From the NCBI GenBank assembly GCA_016839805.1, contig JAEOTO010000032.1, positions 192,001-256,000 of the forward strand: 64,000 nt of DNA, given 5' to 3'. The DNA comes from Candidatus Hermodarchaeota archaeon. Lineage in GTDB: Archaea > Asgardarchaeota > Hermodarchaeia > Hermodarchaeales > Hermodarchaeaceae. Shown piece by piece: positions 56,502 to 64,000 of this stretch; position 1 is the first letter of the stretch; each line of letters starts with the position of its first letter. The notes beneath the pieces were generated by a model, which saw only the letters and a list, made by a program, of their open reading frames with translations, searched no databases and was not told where the DNA came from. A program made the position numbers and the translations under genes.

Positions 56502-57833
56502 TCATCGCATTTTGATATAATCATAGGCATCGCGTGCTGTATCAAATGCGTAAAAGACCTTTTGAAACTCTTTACGAAACTGAGCAACATCTTTAGCAAC
56601 CTTGTTTGTAGCTTCTTGGTTAAAGACAATTCTACGCATGAATTCTGCTATTTGTGTCATCTCCGGTTCTTTCATACCAAGGCGAGTAATTTCGCTAGTA
56701 CCCAATCGTATTCCGCCTGGGCGGATATAATCTCGACCAAACCGTTTGTCCCATGGAAGTAGATTTCGGTTTATGATAATATTTGCGTCTTCTAATTTTT
56801 CTTCTACAGCACGCCCGTTTCGAAGGGGCGTATCTGCCACTTCAATTAATAGAACGTGTGATTTGGTAAATCCCTTATGTTCTGCAAGAACCTTGAATCC
56901 TTCTTCGGTTAAGGCTTGTCCAAGGGCTTGAGCGTTCTTAATGATTTGTTGACTATACTCTTTTCCAAATGCCAGCATTTCAGCCATCACAACAGCTTTC
57001 GCGGCAACGTGGTGTAGATGATGGTTACTGTGAAGTGCTGGAAAGACGCCTCGTTTAATACGATCAGCAAATTGTTCATGCGCAACAATACATCCTCCTT
57101 GGGGACCTGGAAGGGTTTTATGCGTGCTGAATGTGAGACTATCTGCCCCTTCACGAAGAGGATCTTGGAAATTATCAGAAGCAACTAATCCTGCGACGTG
57201 CGCTGCATCATAGTTTACATAAGAACCATTTTCCTTGGCAACCTGTGAAATCTCATCTATTGGTTGAGGAAACGGAAACACTGAGGCTCCAAACATAAAG
57301 AGGTCAATATGCTTGCCCTTTTGCTTTAACCGTTCGATTTTTCTTATCGTCGCATCAACATCAATGTTCAACTCGTATTCATCATACTTGAAATACTGAA
57401 CTTTAAGGCCTCGTACACGGCCTGCTGTGCCCCATAAACGATGACGAGCTGATGAAATGTGACCACCAGTTGGAATCGATAAACACATCATTCGATCGCC
57501 TGGTTCAGTAAACGCTGTGAGGATACTCAGATTTGCTAGTACTCCACTAATTGGGCGAACATCAGCAAATTCCGCTCGGAAGAGCTCTTTCGTAAGTTCG
57601 TTGCCTAAAATCTCAACCTCATCAATGTATTTCGTCCCAGCGTATACGCGTTCGCCAGGCCAGCCCTCCGCATAGCGGTCGCTGAAATCTACTTGCATTG
57701 CTTCCCGAACTGCAGGAGAGTGAACATTCTCAGAGGCAATTAAATTGATAGTTTCTCGCATCCAGGAATGGTGCTTTTCTAGGAGTGAGAATATCTTATC
57801 ATAAGCTGAACGGGGGTCATCTGGAGTCATCAT
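56502..57833 (-). CDS. glyA: Serine hydroxymethyltransferase
   Basis: NLIASEN, YAEG, GGH, DAAH, STHKTLPGPQGG, GIRLGT. Confidence 0.97.
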   Translation of the reverse strand: MMTPDDPRSAYDKIFSLLEKHHSWMRETINLIASENVHSPAVREAMQVDFSDRYAEGWPGERVYAGTKYIDEVEILGNELTKELFRAEFADVRPISGVLANLSILTAFTEPGDRMMCLSIPTGGHISSARHRLWGTAGRVRGLKVQYFKYDEYELNIDVDATIRKIERLKQKGKHIDLFMFGASVFPFPQPIDEISQVAKENGSYVNYDAAHVAGLVASDNFQDPLREGADSLTFSTHKTLPGPQGGCIVAHEQFADRIKRGVFPALHSNHHLHHVAAKAVVMAEMLAFGKEYSQQIIKNAQALGQALTEEGFKVLAEHKGFTKSHVLLIEVADTPLRNGRAVEEKLEDANIIINRNLLPWDKRFGRDYIRPGGIRLGTSEITRLGMKEPEMTQIAEFMRRIVFNQEATNKVAKDVAQFRKEFQKVFYAFDTARDAYDYIKMR

Positions 57834-57939
57834 AATCTACTCTTGCATTTTTCAACTAGCCAGAGATAATTGTTAATTCAAGAAACCTTAAAAACGGATA
57901 GGATTTAAGAATCTCACACAATTACTATGCCGGGATTGC

Positions 57940-58137
57940 ATGCCAAAATCAAAAAAGAAACGACAATCTGAAGGTCCAATGCCTGCTGCCGGAGCAGGAC
58001 TTATCCGGTTCTTTGCTGATTCTAGTGAAGGCATAAAAGTGGGTCCAATTACGGTTCTCATACTTTCAATTTCGCTAATGGTTATTGTACTATTAGCCCA
58101 ACTTGGAGTATTAGCTTTCTTCTTCCCAACTTTCTAG
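57940..58137 (+). CDS. Preprotein translocase Sec61beta
   Basis: AGAGLIRFF...IKVGP followed by a single TM. Confidence 0.92.
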   Translation: MPKSKKKRQSEGPMPAAGAGLIRFFADSSEGIKVGPITVLILSISLMVIVLLAQLGVLAFFFPTF

Positions 58138-58232
58138 CCTTATGATACAGTGTTTCTAGCAGGCTTAATTAGGGAAAATGCTTATTCCTGCTGATAGTAG
58201 ATTCTCCTTAAAATGTAGCATGGGACCTAAGA

Positions 58233-59276
58233 ATGTGGCAGTCCTCCTCTGATTTCAAGCTGGTTAGTTCACGAAACCTAGTTATTAGCGCAGGTAAGCA
58301 ACGATTTCTATTTGATCCAACTGTAGTTAAGAGTCATTGGCGATCACAAAATACGATTGCATGCATTTCCCATGCCCATACAGATCATATCGCTGCATTT
58401 GAAAGCTCGCTTCAGAAAATCGTGACTCCTCCAACTTTGGATATATACAGAGCTCTTGGAGGTAAGCCCAGCAAATTTCACCCTATTGTACCAGGTGAAG
58501 AATTTTCATTAACAGATGGGGGATCAATACAGGTTCACCCAGCTGGTCATATGCTCGGTGCAGCACAATTTGTTCTCGAAAAAAATGGGGCAAGACTTGT
58601 TTACACTGGTGATTTTAATCTCACTTCCTCCCTAACTGTTAATGGTGCGAATCCTATACGATGTGATGTTCTATTAATGGAAGCAACTTATGGACGACCT
58701 GATGCTGTATTCCCACCCCGCGAACGTGTATACGCTGAAATCGCCGAGTGGACCAGTCATGAATTAACCAAGGGAAAAATTCCAGCATTTCAGGTCTATG
58801 CTCGGGGAAAAGCTCAGGAGATTATTCAGATAGTAAATACGTATCTTACAACACCAGTAGTTGTAGATTCGACAATTGCTAAGGTCAGTGAGATATATCG
58901 AAAATATGATATTCCCCTCGAATTCATCAATGAACGCTCTGAGGAAGGACGAGAAGTAATGCGTCAGGGCGGATATGTATACATTTCATCAAAGAGTTTA
59001 CGTTCACCAAAATCGATTTTCAGGCACCAGTATGTTCGAGCCGCAGCAACAGGATGGGCGCAACTATACCAATTGAAAAAAGTAGACAGGGCATTTCCCC
59101 TATCAGCACACGCAGATTTTCAACAACTAGTTCAATATGTACAAGCTGCTAAACCACGTGCAGTGTATCTTACTTGTGGGGACACCGTTACTTTTGGCGC
59201 AGTGCTTGAGAAATTAAATGTGAAGCAAATTGTACCTCAACGCCGTCGACAATTAGAGCTTTTGGATTTTGTTTAA
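58233..59276 (+). CDS. MBL/beta-CASP nuclease
   Basis: SHAHTDH, AGHMLG, YTGD, EATYG, SAHAD. Confidence 0.9.
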   Translation: MWQSSSDFKLVSSRNLVISAGKQRFLFDPTVVKSHWRSQNTIACISHAHTDHIAAFESSLQKIVTPPTLDIYRALGGKPSKFHPIVPGEEFSLTDGGSIQVHPAGHMLGAAQFVLEKNGARLVYTGDFNLTSSLTVNGANPIRCDVLLMEATYGRPDAVFPPRERVYAEIAEWTSHELTKGKIPAFQVYARGKAQEIIQIVNTYLTTPVVVDSTIAKVSEIYRKYDIPLEFINERSEEGREVMRQGGYVYISSKSLRSPKSIFRHQYVRAAATGWAQLYQLKKVDRAFPLSAHADFQQLVQYVQAAKPRAVYLTCGDTVTFGAVLEKLNVKQIVPQRRRQLELLDFV

Positions 59277-59348
59277 GATTTAGAGAAGCTATCGAATTCG
59301 CGCACAGTGATGAATCAAATTTTTTTAATGGATTTAACAGAGTGATGA

Positions 59349-60611
59349 TTACATTGATATTCCAGAAACATAGGGGGCACCCCCTAGGACGGCTTGAGCG
59401 GCTTTCCCTACGCGTTGGCGAAAAGGCGCAGTCGTATAAACACGAATAATATCGAGATAGCCCTTTAATGAGGAAATCACTCGAGATAACTCCACTATAT
59501 CGACTGCCACTTTCTTTTTCCCGATATATGCAAAACCAGGGATTTTCATTGGATCTAATTGAGTGGAATGACGATAAGGTACCGAAGGAAGAATCGGTGA
59601 ATCCAGATGCACCTTATCAACATTAACCTTCGCCTTAGCTGCAATCTCTTCTTCTATCTGTCTTCGGACACTTTCCTTATCTAACAAATCGATGGTTGGA
59701 TGATCCTGGACAAGAGATTCAACAGTATACGCGCATTTGAGTAATTCTCGTCGCTCAAGGCGCTCGATAATTGGTCGTGAAGCCTTACATTGTTTTAATC
59801 CGGTCCAAGTTGTATAGTCATCCATATTTAGATAATCATCCGGGTTCTTAAACGCTGATAAGCCCAACTCTTCATCTGCAATCTTCAGAGCGTCAGCTAA
59901 CATGCGTTGTACTCCGCGGCATACCCGATGATAATAGATGCTACGAAAACTCAAAACTCTTGCAATTAAAAACGCCTCAAGGGTTGTAATTGCCGTGATA
60001 TTTACAGCTAAATTCCCCTGAAATGGCTCAATAGTATAAATTAACCGAAAAATGTCAACACTGCCGTATTCAGCTCCAGTATGGAAGGAGTCACGTACAA
60101 TATAATCTAACTTATCAGCATCCACCGAACTGCGAATAACTTGGTTGAGAAACGTTCTAGTTTTCTTTTGCAATTTTCCAACAACAAGTTGGCTCAAATC
60201 ACCAGTATTGAATCCCGCGTCTTTCAAAATATCAGCTAGCTCTGTAGATTGGACTAGCCAAGTGGTTATATCCTCATGGTTCCGTCCCTGCTTTACTAAA
60301 ATTTCTTCGAAAATGTGACTAAAGGGACCATGACCAATATCATGCAACAATCCAGCTAATCGTAATGATTGTATTTCATTTTCATCATTAGTGATATTCT
60401 CCGCCATCAATCCTGCTAGATGCATTGCTCCTACGCTGTGTTCAAATCGTGTATGATTAGCACCAGGGTAGACAAATTCCGCTCCAGCTAATTGCCGTAA
60501 ACGACGTAACCGTTGTACAACTTTGGTATCGATAATACGCTTTTCCAGTGGAGTGATTGCTACATAACCATACAAGGGGTCTTTGATGAACCCCCACCTT
60601 TCACGAACCAA
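59349..60611 (-). CDS. HD-domain phosphohydrolase (SAMHD1/dGTPase-like)
   Basis: QRLRRLRQL, HTRFEHS, LHDIGHGPFSH, DADKLDY. Confidence 0.93.
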   Translation of the reverse strand: MVRERWGFIKDPLYGYVAITPLEKRIIDTKVVQRLRRLRQLAGAEFVYPGANHTRFEHSVGAMHLAGLMAENITNDENEIQSLRLAGLLHDIGHGPFSHIFEEILVKQGRNHEDITTWLVQSTELADILKDAGFNTGDLSQLVVGKLQKKTRTFLNQVIRSSVDADKLDYIVRDSFHTGAEYGSVDIFRLIYTIEPFQGNLAVNITAITTLEAFLIARVLSFRSIYYHRVCRGVQRMLADALKIADEELGLSAFKNPDDYLNMDDYTTWTGLKQCKASRPIIERLERRELLKCAYTVESLVQDHPTIDLLDKESVRRQIEEEIAAKAKVNVDKVHLDSPILPSVPYRHSTQLDPMKIPGFAYIGKKKVAVDIVELSRVISSLKGYLDIIRVYTTAPFRQRVGKAAQAVLGGAPYVSGISM

Positions 60612-60685
60612 ATAATAAACCTCCTTAACTATTGAACACTGTTCTACAATTACAGATAACTTTACTGCTCAAATTACATTTGAAA

Positions 60686-61060
60686 TCACTCTAAATTCAT
60701 CGCAAGAGTCTCTTCGCTATCTAATTTCAACACAACTTGTCGTACAACCGATAACACAGACGACACTTTACTCGCATTTTTTTGTGATAAAAAGAAATTC
60801 ACAACAACAATTCCCCCCAACTTTTGAGCCGCAACATCTGCAATCGCCCGCACCTCGGCTTGATATCGCGTTCCTACCATACACGAGGTCGCCGTTGGCG
60901 ACAACTCTCCGAACGGTGTCGGAACCCCAATCGCAATAGTTCCAAACCGGTGTTCTCCATCAGTTATCAACATCAACGTCCCATTTGCCAAACGACTCAC
61001 AGCAATACTAATTCGAAGATCATCAACCTCTACAGACTCTTCTACAAACTCCGGAGTCAT
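60686..61060 (-). CDS. Proteasome assembly chaperone PAC4-like protein
   Basis: Size and FGTIAIGVP...TATSCMVG...AAQKLG..VVV pattern resemble the PAC4/PSMG4 family. Confidence 0.55.
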   Translation of the reverse strand: MTPEFVEESVEVDDLRISIAVSRLANGTLMLITDGEHRFGTIAIGVPTPFGELSPTATSCMVGTRYQAEVRAIADVAAQKLGGIVVVNFFLSQKNASKVSSVLSVVRQVVLKLDSEETLAMNLE

Positions 61061-61138
61061 TCTACCACCAACCTTTCATACCCTTATTTCCAACGGCTTC
61101 AAAAAGGATGCTATATCAAGGAAACCAAGAACGGTAAT

Positions 61139-62047
61139 TTAACAACCAACTCGCTTTTTCAGAATCTCCCATTCACGGTTAATACCACGCTCAAACTCCT
61201 TCACACGTTCAGGATCTTTAATGAGCGTCCGAAATCGACCCTGCGGCTTCAAATAATCCATCAACGGCTTCCGCTTTATTTTACCCTCTGCAATTCGCTT
61301 ACTAAGACCCAAAAACCGCCACTCATCTCCCTCCTTCTCCCACATGATCCATACACCAGTTTCAACCGCTAGTTTACCAAATTTAACACTGTCCCAGGTC
61401 GCACACCGCCAACCTGTCGGGCACATCGCATGTACTTCAATGAAACGTGTTCCAACAACATCCTTGGCTTTGGAATAGGTTTCAAAAACCAATCGAGGAT
61501 ATGCAGCCGAAATTGACGCCGTATACGGAATCCCGTGTTCCGCCATAATTCTAGCCATTGGTTTACGGTGCTCTTGTTTTCCGATAATTGGTGTAGTTGT
61601 GCTAAACGCACCATAGGGAGTAGCGCCAGAACGTTGTTGACCAGTATTGCCATAGCTCTCATTGTTGTAACAAGTGTAGATGAAGTTAGTCTGTCGTTCG
61701 GCAGCACCGCTGAGGGCTTGGATACCGATATCATAGGTTCCCCCGTCACCAGCCCAAGCCATAACGTTGATATCTTTGTCTTTGCCCATAAACTTGAGAC
61801 CAGCAGCAATACCTGAGGCAGCTGCTCCGGCTGTTTCAAAGGCGGTGTTTAGAACGGGTAAATGGAGAGCATTTTTGGGGAATAGTCCTTGGATGACGGA
61901 CATGCAACAAGCGGGAACTGTAAGAATAGTGTTACCGCCGAGTGCTTTTAGAGCATGGCGAATTGCAATGGTTGCACCACAGCCTGCACAGGCAGCATGA
62001 CCAAGTTCAATGTATTCATCCCGTGGTAATTCTTTGATGGTTACCAT
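61139..62047 (-). CDS. porB: 2-oxoacid (pyruvate):ferredoxin oxidoreductase beta subunit
   Basis: GHAACAGCG, GDGGTYDIG, NNESYGNTG. Confidence 0.93.
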   Translation of the reverse strand: MVTIKELPRDEYIELGHAACAGCGATIAIRHALKALGGNTILTVPACCMSVIQGLFPKNALHLPVLNTAFETAGAAASGIAAGLKFMGKDKDINVMAWAGDGGTYDIGIQALSGAAERQTNFIYTCYNNESYGNTGQQRSGATPYGAFSTTTPIIGKQEHRKPMARIMAEHGIPYTASISAAYPRLVFETYSKAKDVVGTRFIEVHAMCPTGWRCATWDSVKFGKLAVETGVWIMWEKEGDEWRFLGLSKRIAEGKIKRKPLMDYLKPQGRFRTLIKDPERVKEFERGINREWEILKKRVGC

Positions 62048-62053
62048 TGTTGT

Positions 62054-63232
62054 TCACCTTTTTAGTCCATAGAAAATATCGGGTTTTACTTCACCTTTAT
62101 CGGCGGCGTCAAAACCGAGGTGTATCAATTTCTTAATGTCAGTGTAGCGAACGTCTCGACCACCAAGTCCAGCAATGACGCCTTGAACAGGGATAGTTTG
62201 ACCGCCTCGGTAGAGGGCAGAACGGATTTCTGTGACCGCACCACCCAGGTGTCCATAAGAAAGACTTCGGTCAACAACAACAAAGGCTTTAGCTTTGTTT
62301 GCAAGGGCTTGAATTTGTTCCGCAGGAAATGGGCGGAACACACGGAGTCGAGCGGATCCTGCTCGAATTCCTTCATTTCGAAGTTCTTCGACAGCAAGTT
62401 GGGCTTCTTCACCCATGGTTCCCATAGCAATGAAAATGACTTCAGCATCGTCACATTGGTACGTGTCGATGAAACCGCCATGAAATCGACCAAAGTGTTT
62501 CTTGAAGTCGGCTTCAACTTTGGGGATCATTTTTCGTGCGGCTTCAAAGCCTTCATGAACAGCGTAGCTTAGTTCATAGTAATATTCAGGTCCAGCAATA
62601 TTTCCCGTTGCCATAGGGTCTTTTGGATCGAGCTTCCAATGCTCTGCTTGATAGGATGGGAGAAAATCGGTAATTTCTTCATGATCGTAGACTTCAATGG
62701 AAGTGAAAGTGTGACTAAGGATATACGCATCCAAAGCCACCATTCCTGGAAGCAAAACTTTGGGGGCTTCGCATAAACGAAATAGCATGAGAACAGTGTC
62801 GTAGACTTCTTGGTTATTAGAAGCGTAGAATTGAATCCATCCTGTATCACGTTGGGCCATAGAATCTGAATGGTCAACCCAGATATTCCAGGGTGGTCCT
62901 AAGGATCGATTAACTACTGGCATTACTACAGGCAATCGTGCACGACCTGCCCAGTGAAGCATTTCATGCATTAAAGCCAAGCCATGGGACGAGGTTGCTG
63001 TGAAGGTACGGAGCCCTAAAGCTGAAGCTCCAATACATGCAGCCATGGCGCTATGTTCGGATTCAACACGCACATATTCAGATTTTAAGTCACCATTTTC
63101 CACAAATTCAGCGATTTTCTCTACGATAGTAGTTTGCGGTGTAATCGGATAAGCCGCGATTACCGCTGGAATCGCTGTTCGTGCTGCCCAAGAGGCGGAA
63201 TGGTTGCCTGTTACTGATACGATTTTAGACAT
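62054..63232 (-). CDS. porA: 2-oxoacid (pyruvate):ferredoxin oxidoreductase alpha subunit
   Basis: AYPITPQT, ESEHSA, TATSSHGL, GLGGRD. Confidence 0.94.
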   Translation of the reverse strand: MSKIVSVTGNHSASWAARTAIPAVIAAYPITPQTTIVEKIAEFVENGDLKSEYVRVESEHSAMAACIGASALGLRTFTATSSHGLALMHEMLHWAGRARLPVVMPVVNRSLGPPWNIWVDHSDSMAQRDTGWIQFYASNNQEVYDTVLMLFRLCEAPKVLLPGMVALDAYILSHTFTSIEVYDHEEITDFLPSYQAEHWKLDPKDPMATGNIAGPEYYYELSYAVHEGFEAARKMIPKVEADFKKHFGRFHGGFIDTYQCDDAEVIFIAMGTMGEEAQLAVEELRNEGIRAGSARLRVFRPFPAEQIQALANKAKAFVVVDRSLSYGHLGGAVTEIRSALYRGGQTIPVQGVIAGLGGRDVRYTDIKKLIHLGFDAADKGEVKPDIFYGLKR

Positions 63233-63246
63233 TTTTCTTACCCGGT

Positions 63247-63552
63247 TTATTTCTCCACGGCTGCTTCTGCTTCAGTTTCACGCACACGACTGATTGCCTT
63301 GACTGGGCAGTTTGTTTCACAAATCATACAACCTTTGCAGTATTCGAGATTGAAGACTGGCTTATTGTTTTCGTCCATAGTAATCGCAGTATCAGGACAA
63401 TACATCCAACAGATTTGGCAACCAGTACATTTTTCCTTGTCCACAACTGGGCGAAATATGCGCCAATCACCTGTCAGGCCCATCGCGCCTGCTTCAGGAT
63501 AGGTAATACAGGTAAACCGTCGGTTTGGTGGATTTCGTTTAAGTGGCGTCAT
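63247..63552 (-). CDS. porD: 2-oxoacid:ferredoxin oxidoreductase delta subunit
   Basis: TGDWR..RP plus two CxxCxxCxxxCP motifs. Confidence 0.92.
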   Translation of the reverse strand: MTPLKRNPPNRRFTCITYPEAGAMGLTGDWRIFRPVVDKEKCTGCQICWMYCPDTAITMDENNKPVFNLEYCKGCMICETNCPVKAISRVRETEAEAAVEK

Positions 63553-63554
63553 AA

Positions 63555-64000
63555 TTAATACCCTATTTGAAGTTCATTGTATGCGCGTTGAGCGGCTTCA
63601 ACATTAGTTTCAATAACTTTCTCTGGAAGTTCTGCTAGACCTTTACGAATGGCCTTCTTCACACTTTCAATTGTAACAATGCTTGTGGCTCGAGCCACAG
63701 CCCCCAACATAATTGTGTTAACAACAGCAATACCCGCAACTAAAATCCCCACATCGAGTGCAATTGTTGTTGCATCAACTGTAGAAATTTTTGGCTTTAC
63801 TTTAAGCTTAATTTCTTGTGGGGCTTGAGGGGTGTTAATAACGACAAAGGTATCTTCGTTCATCCCTTCTTGAACACTAGGAATGTCGAGGAGTGTTTCA
63901 TCCAGAATAACTATAGTTTCTGGGTCGTAGATGTAACTATGGATGCGGATGGTTTCGTCAGCAACGCGTGTGAAGGCCATCACTGGGGCACCACGTCTTT
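63555..64000 (-). CDS. porC: 2-oxoacid:ferredoxin oxidoreductase gamma subunit (5' end outside window)
   Basis: RGAPV.AFTR, VDATTIA, NTIMLGA. Confidence 0.9.
   Translation of the reverse strand, partial: RRGAPVMAFTRVADETIRIHSYIYDPETIVILDETLLDIPSVQEGMNEDTFVVINTPQAPQEIKLKVKPKISTVDATTIALDVGILVAGIAVVNTIMLGAVARATSIVTIESVKKAIRKGLAELPEKVIETNVEAAQRAYNELQIGY

Noticed and set aside
60824-62877. Several 77-182 aa alternative-frame ORFs over porA, porB and the PAC4-like gene
   Set aside because: Shadow frames of well-supported genes, with no motifs of their own

Overview
Archaeal chromosomal window, most likely from an Asgard archaeon (inferred from OST3/OSTC-like, Elf1, Sec61beta, PAC4-like and large multi-wHTH proteins alongside PolD, CarS and aRF1). 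It contains a replication origin: four ORB boxes at 10.3-11.9 kb beside orc1/cdc6 and PolD DP1. Core genes include radB, xpd, hypF, valS, aRF1, pyrH, gcvT, folP, cofE, A-ATPase F/A/B, lhr, RPA, PolD DP2, glyA and porCDAB; atpA and DP2 each carry a 541-aa intein. There are six complete tRNA genes (four intron-containing, including a tRNA-Pro with four introns), an orphan tRNA-Gly 5' half abutting a solo tnpB, and no CRISPR array. Two candidate undescribed systems stand out. (1) Two paralogous ~580-aa wHTH regulators with a degenerate zincin-like N-terminal domain are each followed by unannotated 10-19 aa Pro-rich micro-ORFs with SD-like sequences (MYPPQHPFPY, MYPLPGEEIGPLGVCPFPY, MWPPRRPDPHDI), suggesting a peptide-receptor signalling module. 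(2) An origin-linked AAA+ ATPase plus ribbon-helix-helix pair is surrounded by phased arrays of a 9-bp TTCAWTGAA motif that run into the first ORB, suggesting a segregation or origin-control module. Also noted: an OST4-like 35-aa mini-protein and an unexplained structured RNA. All assignments are by eye from motifs; no database searches were run.
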